In this document: positions 1 through 9,429 of the stretch, one piece after another
Layout of the letters: each line of letters begins with the position of its first letter
Numbering within the stretch: position 1 is the first letter of the stretch
NCBI GenBank assembly: GCA_014378465.1
Contig: JACMNQ010000075.1
Span: 64,352-128,351 of the forward strand
From: Oligoflexia bacterium
GTDB lineage: Bacteria; Bdellovibrionota; UBA1018
Direction of reading: 5' to 3'
DNA length: 64,000 nt
Program-made: the position numbers and the translations under genes
The notes under the pieces: model-generated
What the model saw: the letters and a program-made list of their open reading frames with translations, nothing else
What the model was told of the DNA's origin: nothing
The model's database searches: none

Positions 1-690
1 GAACAGCCAGCAGCTCCAATCGCTGACGCTCCTCCAGCACCGCCGGCAGCAGATCCAGCAGCTTTGCCTCTTGCGGACCCTGCGACCAGCACTCCTCCTA
101 TGAGTCTGGCTGAAGCGACCCCGCCTCCTCCTGCTGCGCAACCGGATCCGATCGCCGCTCCTGCTGCGCCAGAGCCAGTCGCTCAGGCTCCGGTACCGGC
201 TGAACACTCGGCTCCCGCTCCTTCTTCAGGAACCGGCGAACATCAGGAGTACACCGTTCAGAAGGGTGACACTCTGATGAAGATTGCCTTTGAAGTGTAT
301 GGCGACATCTATCAGTGGAAGAAAATTCTCGAAGACAACAGCGACAAGATCTCCAGTGCCAATGCCATTCCCAAGGGAACTGTATTGAAAGTGGACAAGA
401 GCGTCGCCGGTATCGATCGCAATGGCGAGAAGTACCTCATCAAGAACGGTGACACCCTCGGAACTATCTCAGATGACGTTTACGGCACCAAAGCCAAGTG
501 GAAGAAACTCTGGGAAAACAACAAGCAGCTGATCAAGGATCCAAATCGGATCTTTGCCGGTTTCTATCTCTACTACACGATGAGCGCGGAAGATCAGCAG
601 GAACTCGATCAGAAGAAGGGTGCCACTCAGGCCGCTCCCCTGGCCGAAGATTCTGCAGCCGCTCCACGCACTCCAGCCAACGCGAAATAG
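1..690 (+). CDS. LysM-domain protein, 5' end truncated by the window edge. Pro/Ala-rich N-terminal region followed by two LysM repeats.
   Basis: Frame 1 is open from base 1 (the ORF track's TTG at 64 is internal). Two LysM-like repeats: 'YTVQKGDTLMKIAFEVYGD...' and 'YLIKNGDTLGTISDDVYGT...'. A strong terminator follows. Confidence 0.7.
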   Translation, partial: EQPAAPIADAPPAPPAADPAALPLADPATSTPPMSLAEATPPPPAAQPDPIAAPAAPEPVAQAPVPAEHSAPAPSSGTGEHQEYTVQKGDTLMKIAFEVYGDIYQWKKILEDNSDKISSANAIPKGTVLKVDKSVAGIDRNGEKYLIKNGDTLGTISDDVYGTKAKWKKLWENNKQLIKDPNRIFAGFYLYYTMSAEDQQELDQKKGATQAAPLAEDSAAAPRTPANAK

Positions 691-720
691 ATTCGCGCTA
701 CGGTGCAGTCATAACTCCAG

Positions 721-759
721 ACGGCGATCTGCTTCAGCAGGTCGCCGTTTCTTTTTTCC
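721..759 (+). terminator. Rho-independent terminator downstream of the LysM gene
   Basis: 10-bp stem GGCGATCTGC / GCAGGTCGCC with one G-U pair, loop TTCA, then GTTTCTTTTTTCC. Confidence 0.6.
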
Positions 760-863
760 TATCGACTACCGGACGTCAGTCAAAAAAGTGACAAGGCTTC
801 ATTCCTGCAAACGACGATTTTTCGTTGAGTGATCCGACGAACGGAAGTTAAACTCAATGGACG

Positions 864-1691
864 ATGAGTACTCGAACTTCGACCATCACCTTCTATTCAT
901 TCATGATCGCAGTCACCGGCGCGGCTTTCATGGCGGGTGGCTGTTCGACCATTGCTTCTCCGAAAGTGATCACGGTCGAAGAACGAATCAAGCTTGATGA
1001 TTCACTTGGAATTCGACTCGCCGAGTCCTTCGAGTCCCAGGTCCGGACCCGGAAGATTCCGAAAAATCTCATTCCTTATTTTCATGATCTCGCCGCACTG
1101 GTGGCAAGTTCAAAGCCCGAACTGAAAGCCTCGAGCTTCAGAGTCTTCATCATTCGCGACCGCCAGAACATCTGGCAGAACTTTGCCCTGCCTGGAAACC
1201 GGATCTACCTTTCGGAAGGATTTCTCAAGAACGCGCACTTCGAGAATGAAATCATCGCCTCAATTGCGCTGGAATTCGGACACCTGCTGCATCGGCATCT
1301 GATTCGGGAAGTCGAACTTTCAGAGCAGGACCGCAGGCGCGGTGAAGCTTCGGCGGACCCCGCTGAAATCGCCGCAGCAGCCGATGTCAGCGGGAATTCA
1401 GTCAATTTTTTTGGCAAGACGGGCCTCTTCAATTTCTCTGAAAAGGACCAACTGGAAGCCACCGAGACGGCGGTCGGCCTGATGTACCAGGCGGGTTATG
1501 ATCCGCGCGGGCTGTTGTCCGTGTGGCAGAAACTGCAGAAGAATCGAAAAAATTCTCCCTATGAAAGCAAATCGATCGTAAAATTCGTGGAGAAGACCCA
1601 TCAGGCGATCGCGGCTTTTTCACCTCTCAGAAATCCCGTCATCAGTTCGGAAGAGTTTTTGAAGAACAAGAATAGGATAGAACGACTGTGA
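864..1691 (+). CDS. Lipoprotein with an M48 (HtpX/BepA-like) peptidase-like fold but a degenerate zinc motif. Probable pseudo-peptidase.
   Basis: Signal peptide with lipobox ('AFMAGGCST'). 'ALEFGHLLHRH' aligns to the M48 'HEXXHXXXRH' motif with the first His replaced by Leu. 'AGYDPRGLLSVWQKLQ' resembles the conserved M48 C-terminal motif. Confidence 0.5.
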   Translation: MSTRTSTITFYSFMIAVTGAAFMAGGCSTIASPKVITVEERIKLDDSLGIRLAESFESQVRTRKIPKNLIPYFHDLAALVASSKPELKASSFRVFIIRDRQNIWQNFALPGNRIYLSEGFLKNAHFENEIIASIALEFGHLLHRHLIREVELSEQDRRRGEASADPAEIAAAADVSGNSVNFFGKTGLFNFSEKDQLEATETAVGLMYQAGYDPRGLLSVWQKLQKNRKNSPYESKSIVKFVEKTHQAIAAFSPLRNPVISSEEFLKNKNRIERL

Positions 1692-2764
1692 GCAATGGCA
1701 AAAACCTGGGAGCGGAGGTTCGCGAGATGATTGATCAGATGATGGTAGGCGATGAAGAAGCTGCGAGCTGGGTGAAAAAATCACGAGTCATTGATTCATT
1801 GGTGAAAATTCCTGGTGATGCAAGCACCCGTCGTTATTATCGTCTCACTTCCGTTGGCAGAAGCTACATCCTGATGCGAATGGATCCTTTCATGAAGGAC
1901 GGCTTTGATCTCGACTTTCTGGTCGTCCAGAAGCACCTGACCCTGGCCAGCGTTGAAGTTCCAGCCGTGCTTGACGTCGATCCGGAGCGTGGCTTCATTC
2001 TTCTGGAGGATCTCGGCGACGTCACGCTTCTGCGCCGACTTCAGAATGTCTCCAATCCGGATGTCGAAAGACACCTTTATGAAAGAGTGATTGATCAGCT
2101 GGTCAATTTGCAGTTTCATGCCTCTCCCAGACAGGGTTCAAAACCGATTGACGCCTTCAAGCTTCGTTTCGATCACGAGAAGCTCATGTGGGAGATGAAC
2201 CACACGATCGAACATTTCTACAAGCAGTACCTGGGTCGCGAAATCAAACCTCACGACCTCAAGGTCATGGAGGAGGGGTTGAGCGAAATCTGTCATATAC
2301 TGGCCAATCAGCCTGTCGTCTTCACGCATCGCGACTTTCACAGCCGCAACGTCATGGTGATGCCACCGGAAGAGGGTACGAACAACGATCGACTCGTCAT
2401 GATCGATTTCCAGGATGCGAGAATGGGTCCGGCCCAGTACGATCTCGCGTCGCTTCTCAAGGACAGCTACTATCAGCTCGACGAAGGGCAGATCAAAAGC
2501 CTCGTGAACTATTACATCGCGCGCTGGGAGGGGGTCTCACAGCAGACTCTGGACCACACGGAGTTCTTCAGGGTCTTTGACCTCATGTCCGTCCAGAGAA
2601 ACTTCAAGGCCATCGGCAGCTTCGCGTCCTTCATGAATCGTCGCGGGAATCCGAGTTACCTGAAATACATCGGAAACACCTTCGAGAACATTCGCAGAAC
2701 ACTGCTGAAGTATCCGGAGTACTCCGAGCTTCGTGAAGTTCTCTTTCATTATTACTACTTCTGA
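1688..2764 (+). CDS. amgK: APH/choline-kinase-fold phosphotransferase, AmgK-like (anomeric MurNAc/GlcNAc kinase)
   Basis: Brenner motif 'HRDFHSRNVMV' and 'IDFQDA'. GTG start overlaps the upstream stop (GTGA). Immediately followed by a MurU-like nucleotidyltransferase, the pairing seen for Pseudomonas AmgK-MurU. Confidence 0.55.
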   Translation: MSNGKNLGAEVREMIDQMMVGDEEAASWVKKSRVIDSLVKIPGDASTRRYYRLTSVGRSYILMRMDPFMKDGFDLDFLVVQKHLTLASVEVPAVLDVDPERGFILLEDLGDVTLLRRLQNVSNPDVERHLYERVIDQLVNLQFHASPRQGSKPIDAFKLRFDHEKLMWEMNHTIEHFYKQYLGREIKPHDLKVMEEGLSEICHILANQPVVFTHRDFHSRNVMVMPPEEGTNNDRLVMIDFQDARMGPAQYDLASLLKDSYYQLDEGQIKSLVNYYIARWEGVSQQTLDHTEFFRVFDLMSVQRNFKAIGSFASFMNRRGNPSYLKYIGNTFENIRRTLLKYPEYSELREVLFHYYYF

Positions 2765-2771
2765 GGATTCC

Positions 2772-3773
2772 ATGAGCCCCACGAAAGTCACGCAGGCGAT
2801 GGTGATGGCTGCCGGTCTGGGAACGCGACTTCGTCCTTTCACGGATCTGGTTGCCAAGCCGATGCTGCCGCTGATGGGAATTCCGATGGCGCAATTCGCC
2901 TTTGATCTGCTCACTCATCATGGGGTGAAGAAGATCGTGGCCAACGTGAGTCATCTTGCCGCGGAAACCTGTGAAGGCCTGAGGGCTCTGGACCTCGGGA
3001 ACACGACGCTTGAAATCAGTGACGAAAGTCAGTGTCTCCTTGGAAGCGGCGGGGGCATCAAAAAGGCCGCTGCACACTTCGGGCGTGAGCCTTTTTTTCT
3101 CCTCAATTCAGACGTGCTCTGCGATGTCGATCTCGCGGAGCTCGAGCGCCATCATGCCCGGCTTCGCAAGGAGCATGGAGTGCTGCTGACTCTCGCGATT
3201 CTCGTGACAGGTCAAATAGGAAGCAAATACCGAGAAATTCTTGTAGATCCTGCCACTCGGCTCATCACTGGGCTGGGTGAGCAGGCCGAGCAGCGACCTT
3301 ACTTCGTCGGCGTCGCGATCGTGGAACCCGAAGCGCTTCGGAATGTGCCCGCAGGTGTGGCTGAGTTTGTTCCTTCGATTCTTCTGCCCGCCCTCAAAGC
3401 CGGAAAGGCGGGCGCCTTTCTGATGCAGGAGTGCAAGTGGTTTGATGTGGGCTCACCGGACCTCTGGCAAGCCACTCACTTTTCACTGATCGACCTGCTC
3501 GAAAAGGGAACAATCCCTGAACTCTGGAAAAAACGGCTTCTGGAGGCCAATGAGAAGAGGGCCGATGGGGGCTGGTCCTCAAAAGAAACGCAGCATTCGA
3601 AAAGCTCCCACTGGAAATCCCCCTATTACATTTCCGTACCTGATGGAGCGGTGGAGTTTTGTGGGCCCCGCGCCGTCTTCTACGCGACGACTCCCCAGAC
3701 TCCCGCAGAGCAGCTTGTTCACGAAATTGAAAATGGCATCGGTTTTGGAGGGCTCTGGGCCCCGCTGAAATAA
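2772..3773 (+). CDS. murU: Sugar-1-phosphate nucleotidyltransferase, MurU-like (MurNAc-1-P uridylyltransferase), with a roughly 100-aa C-terminal extension
   Basis: N-terminal 'MVMAAGLGTRLRPFTDLVAKPMLPL' nucleotidyltransferase signature. ATG at 2772 follows a GAGGAT RBS; the ORF track's GTG at 2733 overlaps the preceding gene. Confidence 0.55.
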   Translation: MSPTKVTQAMVMAAGLGTRLRPFTDLVAKPMLPLMGIPMAQFAFDLLTHHGVKKIVANVSHLAAETCEGLRALDLGNTTLEISDESQCLLGSGGGIKKAAAHFGREPFFLLNSDVLCDVDLAELERHHARLRKEHGVLLTLAILVTGQIGSKYREILVDPATRLITGLGEQAEQRPYFVGVAIVEPEALRNVPAGVAEFVPSILLPALKAGKAGAFLMQECKWFDVGSPDLWQATHFSLIDLLEKGTIPELWKKRLLEANEKRADGGWSSKETQHSKSSHWKSPYYISVPDGAVEFCGPRAVFYATTPQTPAEQLVHEIENGIGFGGLWAPLK

Positions 3774-3798
3774 TTCGCTCCGGGCCTCGCTCCGATGA

Positions 3799-4956
3799 TC
3801 AAGTGATCGCTTTGAGCACGTGATCCCAGTTCTCACCGGGAATGATGTGACCCGGAGGTCCGAAGCCCTGAGCGCCCGTCCAGCTGCCGCCGAGTGGCTG
3901 ACCCCGAAGGGACAGATACCCGTAAAGCGCGAACGCCTGGGCTTCGATGAACTGGGGCTCGAGCCCCGCGTCTTCCAGTGTTGAGAATTTGACCTGAGGG
4001 AGTCGGTCATTGAGCCAGAGAAGAAGCATCGGGTTTCGTGCTCCACCCCCGCAGATGTAGACATTTTTGAGTGGAAGGCGCTTCTTCAGGACAAACGCTT
4101 CGTAAGCCCGTGCGATGGATTCAACCGTGAGTGCCGTGGCGGTCGCGACCAGGTCAGCACCCTTGGCTTTGGTATGGGCGAGAAACCATTCGACCGTGAA
4201 GTCATCGCGACCCGTGGATTTCGGAGGCTGCTTTTTGAAGTAGGGGTGTTTGAGAAGGGCAAGAAGTGACTTCTCGTCGACTGAACCCTGGGCTGCAAGC
4301 AGTCCATCAATATCCATGTGGAGCTTGCCCTTGGACGCGATCTCCGCTGCCGCATCCATCCAGAGGTTTCCGGGACCGGTGTCAAAGGCGAGCACGAGAT
4401 TTTTAGGACCGATGTAAGTCGTGTTGCTGATCCCACCGATGTTGTGAATGGCGACGCCACCCTTTTCAGCACCCAGGATCGGGGCCAGAAACTGATGAAA
4501 GAGGGGAACCAGCGGAGCTCCCTGTCCACCGGCAGCCATGTCTCCATTTCTGAAATTGGAAACGACGGTGAGTCCCGTCTGATAGGCGATCTGCGTGGGG
4601 TCGCCGAGCTGAAGCGTCGTGCCCTTGCCCTGGGAATCCGGAAAGTGACCCACGGTCTGACCATGATTGGCGATCACGTCGGGGCGGCTCTTGGCTTCAG
4701 CGGATTTGTTCATGGCTGCAAGCACGTTGCCATACCACTCTCCAAGATCACGGTTCAGCTGCAGCATTTCCTTAAGCGTCACTTTGGTGCCGGGCTTCTG
4801 AAGCTTGAGAACTTCCTGTCGGAGTTTCTTCGGATATTCGTAGGTGCGCTCCCAGAGGGGCTGCCAGCCTTCGGAATCGAAACGCACGCAAGCGGCGTCC
4901 AGGCCGTCGCACGAGGTTCCAGTCATCACGCCCAAAATTTTCAGAGTCTTCATCAT
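3799..4956 (-). CDS. anmK: Anhydro-N-acetylmuramic acid kinase
   Basis: N-terminus 'LGVMTGTSCDGLDAACV' matches the AnmK 'GxMSGTSxDGxD' motif. 385 aa is typical. Convergent with murU. Confidence 0.8.
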   Translation of the reverse strand: MMKTLKILGVMTGTSCDGLDAACVRFDSEGWQPLWERTYEYPKKLRQEVLKLQKPGTKVTLKEMLQLNRDLGEWYGNVLAAMNKSAEAKSRPDVIANHGQTVGHFPDSQGKGTTLQLGDPTQIAYQTGLTVVSNFRNGDMAAGGQGAPLVPLFHQFLAPILGAEKGGVAIHNIGGISNTTYIGPKNLVLAFDTGPGNLWMDAAAEIASKGKLHMDIDGLLAAQGSVDEKSLLALLKHPYFKKQPPKSTGRDDFTVEWFLAHTKAKGADLVATATALTVESIARAYEAFVLKKRLPLKNVYICGGGARNPMLLLWLNDRLPQVKFSTLEDAGLEPQFIEAQAFALYGYLSLRGQPLGGSWTGAQGFGPPGHIIPGENWDHVLKAIT

Positions 4957-5019
4957 TTAAGAGTACGAGGGAGAGGGGTTGATTGACAAGCTCTTGATCA
5001 ACGTGAGATTTTATTAACC

Positions 5020-5742
5020 ATGAAGGTGATTTCAGCATCCGTACGATTGCGAGTGGCGACTGCCATGATGGCGCTCTGGGTCCCGGTTGCCGCCGTGGAA
5101 ACCATCATCGTCACGCGAGCACAGTGGTGGAATCTGCCGAAAACAACGATTGAGATCTGGAGTGGTTCAGTGGCGCTCATCAGCCTGCCGCTCGCTCTCT
5201 GGATGCTGGCCGGAAAACGGTGGGCGCTTCACCTGACCGCACTCTTCGGCATTCTCTGGACGGTCCTGAGTCTCTGGGTCGCGTTCAGAACTGAAAATCC
5301 GGGCCTGGGATTTTTCACATTGCTGTTGATGGTGCTCTGGCTCGCTCTTTTCACGGGACTGAAGCATGAGATGAGTCGCTCATTCTTTGATCCCCATCTG
5401 AAGTGGTTTCAAGGATTGCCCGAAGCCATTCCAGGAGTTGCATGCATCCTGAACGCTGAAAGTGAGTCCACTTCGCCGGCACTTCGAGCCAGTCGTCTGG
5501 ATGTTGATGGAGCGTTCGTGTTCAATCCGGGTGAGGAACCCATTTCACCGGATCAGATCCGGAAAATTTCCGAGATGATTTTCAGATTCAAGGACCGTGA
5601 AGTGCGATGCCATGCTAAAATGATGAGTGTGCTCAAAGATAACAGGGGCTTCGGCTTTCAGTTCATCCATGTGGCGCCGGACGCGCGCAAGGAACTGGGC
5701 GACTTCATAGAAACGATGCGAGGAGAGGGATATGTTGAATAA
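5020..5742 (+). CDS. Polytopic membrane protein with a cytoplasmic C-terminal domain; weak PilZ-like features
   Basis: Four to five hydrophobic helices in the N-terminal 120 aa. The C-terminus has 'LRASRLDVDGAFVF', a loose match to PilZ RxxxR/DxSxxG. Unverified. Confidence 0.4.
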   Translation: MKVISASVRLRVATAMMALWVPVAAVETIIVTRAQWWNLPKTTIEIWSGSVALISLPLALWMLAGKRWALHLTALFGILWTVLSLWVAFRTENPGLGFFTLLLMVLWLALFTGLKHEMSRSFFDPHLKWFQGLPEAIPGVACILNAESESTSPALRASRLDVDGAFVFNPGEEPISPDQIRKISEMIFRFKDREVRCHAKMMSVLKDNRGFGFQFIHVAPDARKELGDFIETMRGEGYVE

Positions 5743-6238
5743 GCAAATGAGCCATCTGAGGTTTTTTCTCGCAGGAATGGTTTCTAGCATCACCGTCGGA
5801 ATTCTGGCGCTCGTCATCTTTTCCGGCTGTGATCGCGCCCCTTCAACTGGCGGGGACCCCCAGAAGCGCCTGACTGAATACATCTCCACCAGTTTTTCGA
5901 TCAAGGAATACAAGGACAAGGAACAGCTTCTGCAGTTTCTTTCCGGTGATGCGAAGACTCGCCTCACGGCCTGGAGCGAAGAGCAGTTTCGCCAGGCATT
6001 TCTGGACTCCAAGCGCAAATTCATCAAGCTCGTGATTCGTGAGACGAAGAGACCTTCGGCCACTGAGACCAACATCACCTACGAACTTGTCTACACGGAC
6101 GAAAGCAAAGGCAGCAATGCCAAGGTGACCAACAAGAAGATGTCTCAGTTCGTCCTCGAAAATGGCAAGTGGTACATCAAGGAAGTCAGCAATATCAAGG
6201 AACTCGTCGAATACCAGAACGAGATGTCCTTGCCCTGA
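5732..6238 (+). CDS. Hypothetical lipoprotein
   Basis: Signal peptide with lipobox ('VIFSGCDRAP'). AGGAG RBS before the ATG at 5732. 11-nt overlap with the upstream gene. Confidence 0.45.
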   Translation: MLNKQMSHLRFFLAGMVSSITVGILALVIFSGCDRAPSTGGDPQKRLTEYISTSFSIKEYKDKEQLLQFLSGDAKTRLTAWSEEQFRQAFLDSKRKFIKLVIRETKRPSATETNITYELVYTDESKGSNAKVTNKKMSQFVLENGKWYIKEVSNIKELVEYQNEMSLP

Positions 6239-6239
6239 C

Positions 6240-6725
6240 TCAGGGTGATTTGAAGAGGGCCGCTCCCGATGAGGGTTCCGTCTGGGCTGTACCCAATCTG
6301 AGCGTGATCAATTCCCAGACCTTGGCATCCTGAGTGCCAAGAACGTAATTCATATTCCCGTTGGGCGCCCTGAGAAGGGACTGATAAACCGTGACTCCAC
6401 CGGCAACAAGAACGATGTCAGTCCGCTGCTTGCCGGGTGAGTTGAGGTCCTGCAGGCGAAGCACTCTCTGGTGATCGGGATTCGTGTTGTAGATGAGAGC
6501 GGTGCCGGTCACCGTGTTGCCGTTCCTGCCGGAAAATTCGGCCTGCGCCTCAATCACCCCACTGGGCACGGAATCATTCAGGCGGCCACTTCCCTGACCA
6601 CAGCCTGCTGCTGAAAACGCCACGCCTGAAAAAGCCGTCATGATCAGCAGTCTGTGAAAAGGGTTCGAGCTGGACATCGATTCATTTTCGCATGGCTTCG
6701 AGCGGGATACAAGAAGGGTAGCCAA
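6240..6725 (-). CDS. Hypothetical secreted or lipoprotein. The start may be the internal Met at 6677.
   Basis: 'MSSSNPFHRLLIMTAFSGVAFSAAGCGQ' is a signal peptide with lipobox. Gly/Thr/Asn-rich mature region. Confidence 0.4.
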   Translation of the reverse strand: MATLLVSRSKPCENESMSSSNPFHRLLIMTAFSGVAFSAAGCGQGSGRLNDSVPSGVIEAQAEFSGRNGNTVTGTALIYNTNPDHQRVLRLQDLNSPGKQRTDIVLVAGGVTVYQSLLRAPNGNMNYVLGTQDAKVWELITLRLGTAQTEPSSGAALFKSP

Positions 6726-6753
6726 ACCCCTCTCAAAGCGTTAAAATCTGAAT

Positions 6754-7482
6754 GTGACGTTGCTTCGCTTCCTCTCAGTTTTCTTCGCGACCGGATTTCT
6801 ACTGGCCGGTCTTTCCGGATTGGCTCTGGGTGCGGTCGGACTTTGGATCGGACTGGGTTTGACCGTCGTGATTTTTCTTGTGGCACTCCTTGCGTCGCCG
6901 CAGATTCTTGACCGGATCCAGCCTGGAGTGCCGACCCGGATCAAACTTGCTCCCGATCAGCCTCAGACTCTTCATGTACTTCCTGACCCCTCGGCCAACA
7001 TTCTGGTGATGCGCTCCCTACTTCCGGGTTCTGCAAGAATCTATGTCAGTCAGGGCGCTCTGGCTCTGATGTCTCAGTCAGAGCTCGTTGCAGTGGTCAG
7101 GGAGGCAGAAGGTCGGTGCCGAAACCTGAAGTTGATTTCTCAAAGTGCGTGCGCTGCACTCGCTTCTCCGCTTTGCAGACTTGCTCCTTCCAGGTGGGTG
7201 AGGACTGCTCTTCACGGACAGTTCTTCGAAGCACTCTCCGGCGGCGAAAAGCTCACCTTTGGAACCGTGAGCTTTCTCACGGTACTGCCCTGGATCCGGT
7301 TCCTGCTCTGGGCAGGCGGACCCGAGGATCGTGCTCAGGTTGACGCGGCCAAGTCGGACTTGAATAATGCTTTGCGAAAGATTGAGAACGAAAATTTGAG
7401 ATGGCCCTATTCCGGAAACGTCGCTGCAACTCAACTTCACCAGGTCCATCCGTGGAAAAAACAGGGACTTCTGGCATTTTAG
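6754..7482 (+). CDS. Membrane protein with an M48-peptidase-like core lacking HExxH. Very tentative.
   Basis: GTG start. Two N-terminal TM helices. 'RIYVSQGALALMSQSELVAVVREAEGRC' resembles the M48 'GRIVVTSGLLxLLxxDELAAVLAHELGH' segment, with the HExxH position occupied by REAEG. Confidence 0.35.
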   Translation: MTLLRFLSVFFATGFLLAGLSGLALGAVGLWIGLGLTVVIFLVALLASPQILDRIQPGVPTRIKLAPDQPQTLHVLPDPSANILVMRSLLPGSARIYVSQGALALMSQSELVAVVREAEGRCRNLKLISQSACAALASPLCRLAPSRWVRTALHGQFFEALSGGEKLTFGTVSFLTVLPWIRFLLWAGGPEDRAQVDAAKSDLNNALRKIENENLRWPYSGNVAATQLHQVHPWKKQGLLAF

Positions 7483-7530
7483 AGCGTGCGCGCCCTTGTT
7501 TCTCCCTGGAGTCCGCGGTAATTCCAAGGG

Positions 7531-7809
7531 ATGAACACTCGACCGGAAATTGGAAAAATTGATTTAACGACTTTCATTCTTTCAGTTTCTTCGGCAGCCT
7601 TCATGGGCTTGGGCGTCACAGAGCCCCAGTCCGGGCACACTCCCGAAGTGAATCTGGAACTCGCCAGACAGAACATTGATCTCCTGGAACTGCTCTGGGA
7701 AAAGACCAAAGGCAATCGCACCGCGGAAGAAGATCGGCTGCTCGAACAACTCCTCTTCGAAACGCGCATGCGCTTCATTGAAACCCAGAAAAAAGTTGGC
7801 CAGAGCTGA
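7531..7809 (+). CDS. Small DUF1844-like protein
   Basis: 92 aa. 'LTTFILSVSSAAFMGLG' followed by an acidic helical region, as in DUF1844-family proteins. Confidence 0.45.
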   Translation: MNTRPEIGKIDLTTFILSVSSAAFMGLGVTEPQSGHTPEVNLELARQNIDLLELLWEKTKGNRTAEEDRLLEQLLFETRMRFIETQKKVGQS

Positions 7810-7835
7810 TCTGGCTCCAGGAGCTCGGAAAATTT

Positions 7836-9404
7836 ATGAACCCCCTTCGCCCCCGTTCCAAAGTACGTATCTGGATTTCAGCGTTGGCAGTCGCTACCGT
7901 CGCCAGTTCTATCACGGTCGCCGTCCAGTCCTCAAAATCCGTTCAGGCAGCGACGAGCCCTTCAGGCGCGGTTGACGCGAATATTTTCGTCAATCTTGCC
8001 AAGAAAATCGTGCCTTCAGTGGTGAACATCTCCACTCTCTCAAAAGTGCAGAGTCCTTATGGTCGGGGTGGACAGGATGATCCTTTCAGAAAATTCTTTG
8101 AAGATTTTCTCAGACAGCATGGGGGTGGAAATGGCGGCGGCAATCGCGGACGCCCTTTCGAAGCTGAACCGGATGATGAAGACCAGGGCAGTTCACAGCC
8201 TGGCGATCCGAACGCTTCAGGTCCTCTGGCCATGTCGCTCGGGACCGGTTTCATCATCGATGCCAGTGGGCTGATTCTCACCAACAATCATGTGGTGGCG
8301 GGTGCCGACGAGATCAAGATCCATTTCACCGAAGCGACGGACGAAAAACCGACCGATGGTGAAGTGGTCGGTCGTGATCCCGAACTTGATCTTGCACTCA
8401 TCAAGGTCAAGAGCAAACGCACGCTCGTCCCTGTGGCACTGGGAGATTCAGGTGCGCTCGAAGTCGGGGAATACGTCATTGCCGTGGGGAACCCCTTTGG
8501 ACAAGGGCATTCCGTCACTCACGGAATCATCTCGGCGAAGGAAAGAATGGCTCCTGATTTTCAACTCGCCAATTACCTTCAGACGGACGCGCCCATCAAT
8601 CCGGGCAATTCCGGTGGGCCGCTTGTCAATCTCAAGGGCGAAGTCATCGGCATCAACAACGCGATCGATCAGAGAGCACAGGGAATCGGTTTCGCGATTC
8701 CGATCAACCTCGTCAAGGAAGTCCTGCCTCAGCTCAGGAGCAAAGGGACCGTCGCTCGTGGTTACATCGGAGTTCTGGTCAATGAACTTTCACCCGATGT
8801 GGCCCAGAAGCTCGGCTTTGCCAAAGATCTCAAAGCCCCCTTCGTCACTCACGTTTACCCGGGGGAACCCGCTGAAAAAGCCGGCCTCAAGCCGTACGAT
8901 GTGATCCTTGAATTCAACAGGAAGAAGATCACATCATCTGCTGAGCTGGTCTCGGCGGTGACGTCAGTGCCTGTCAATGAAGCTGCTCCCATGAAAATTT
9001 CACGTGCGGGCAAAGAGATGGAATTGTCCATTAAAGTGGCTCTGCGACCGGGTGCCCAGCCCACGGGCAAGCCTGAGTCCAAAAAAGACAGCAAGGAAAA
9101 GAGACAGGCCCGCGTGAAGACCGGCATGGAGCTCGAGAATCTCACTCCGGAGATGGCTCGAGAACTCGGGATGGCTGACAAGATCTCAGGCATCATCGTC
9201 ATGGATCTGGCTTATGGCGGCCCTGCCGACAAAGCCGGCATCATGCGTGGAGACGTGATCCTTGAAGTGGACCGCAAGGCGGTCAAGGATGTCGACGCAT
9301 TTTACTCAGTCGTGAAGGAAAAGAAGACCTATCTTCTCCGGGTGCGTCGAGCTGATCCGATGGGCCGTGAAATGTTCTCAGTCGTCGTCCTTGACCTCAA
9401 GTGA
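7836..9404 (+). CDS. htrA: Periplasmic serine endoprotease of the HtrA/DegP family (trypsin domain plus two PDZ domains)
   Basis: Catalytic motifs 'TNNHVV', 'DLALIKV' and 'GNSGGPLVN'. Two PDZ-like segments. Gly/Asn-rich Q-linker-like insert. Signal peptide present. Confidence 0.85.
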   Translation: MNPLRPRSKVRIWISALAVATVASSITVAVQSSKSVQAATSPSGAVDANIFVNLAKKIVPSVVNISTLSKVQSPYGRGGQDDPFRKFFEDFLRQHGGGNGGGNRGRPFEAEPDDEDQGSSQPGDPNASGPLAMSLGTGFIIDASGLILTNNHVVAGADEIKIHFTEATDEKPTDGEVVGRDPELDLALIKVKSKRTLVPVALGDSGALEVGEYVIAVGNPFGQGHSVTHGIISAKERMAPDFQLANYLQTDAPINPGNSGGPLVNLKGEVIGINNAIDQRAQGIGFAIPINLVKEVLPQLRSKGTVARGYIGVLVNELSPDVAQKLGFAKDLKAPFVTHVYPGEPAEKAGLKPYDVILEFNRKKITSSAELVSAVTSVPVNEAAPMKISRAGKEMELSIKVALRPGAQPTGKPESKKDSKEKRQARVKTGMELENLTPEMARELGMADKISGIIVMDLAYGGPADKAGIMRGDVILEVDRKAVKDVDAFYSVVKEKKTYLLRVRRADPMGREMFSVVVLDLK

Positions 9405-9429
9405 GCTGAAAATAGACTGACACGAGGGC

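Noticed and set aside
498-832. Two overlapping small ORFs (498..791, 620..832) across the LysM 3' end and terminator
   Set aside because: Off-frame relative to the LysM gene and run through the terminator hairpin.
4975-5019. TTGATTGACAAGCTCTTGATCAA dyad / possible TTGACA -35 box in the anmK/5020 divergent region
   Set aside because: No convincing -10 at proper spacing. Retained only as a possible operator; evidence too thin.
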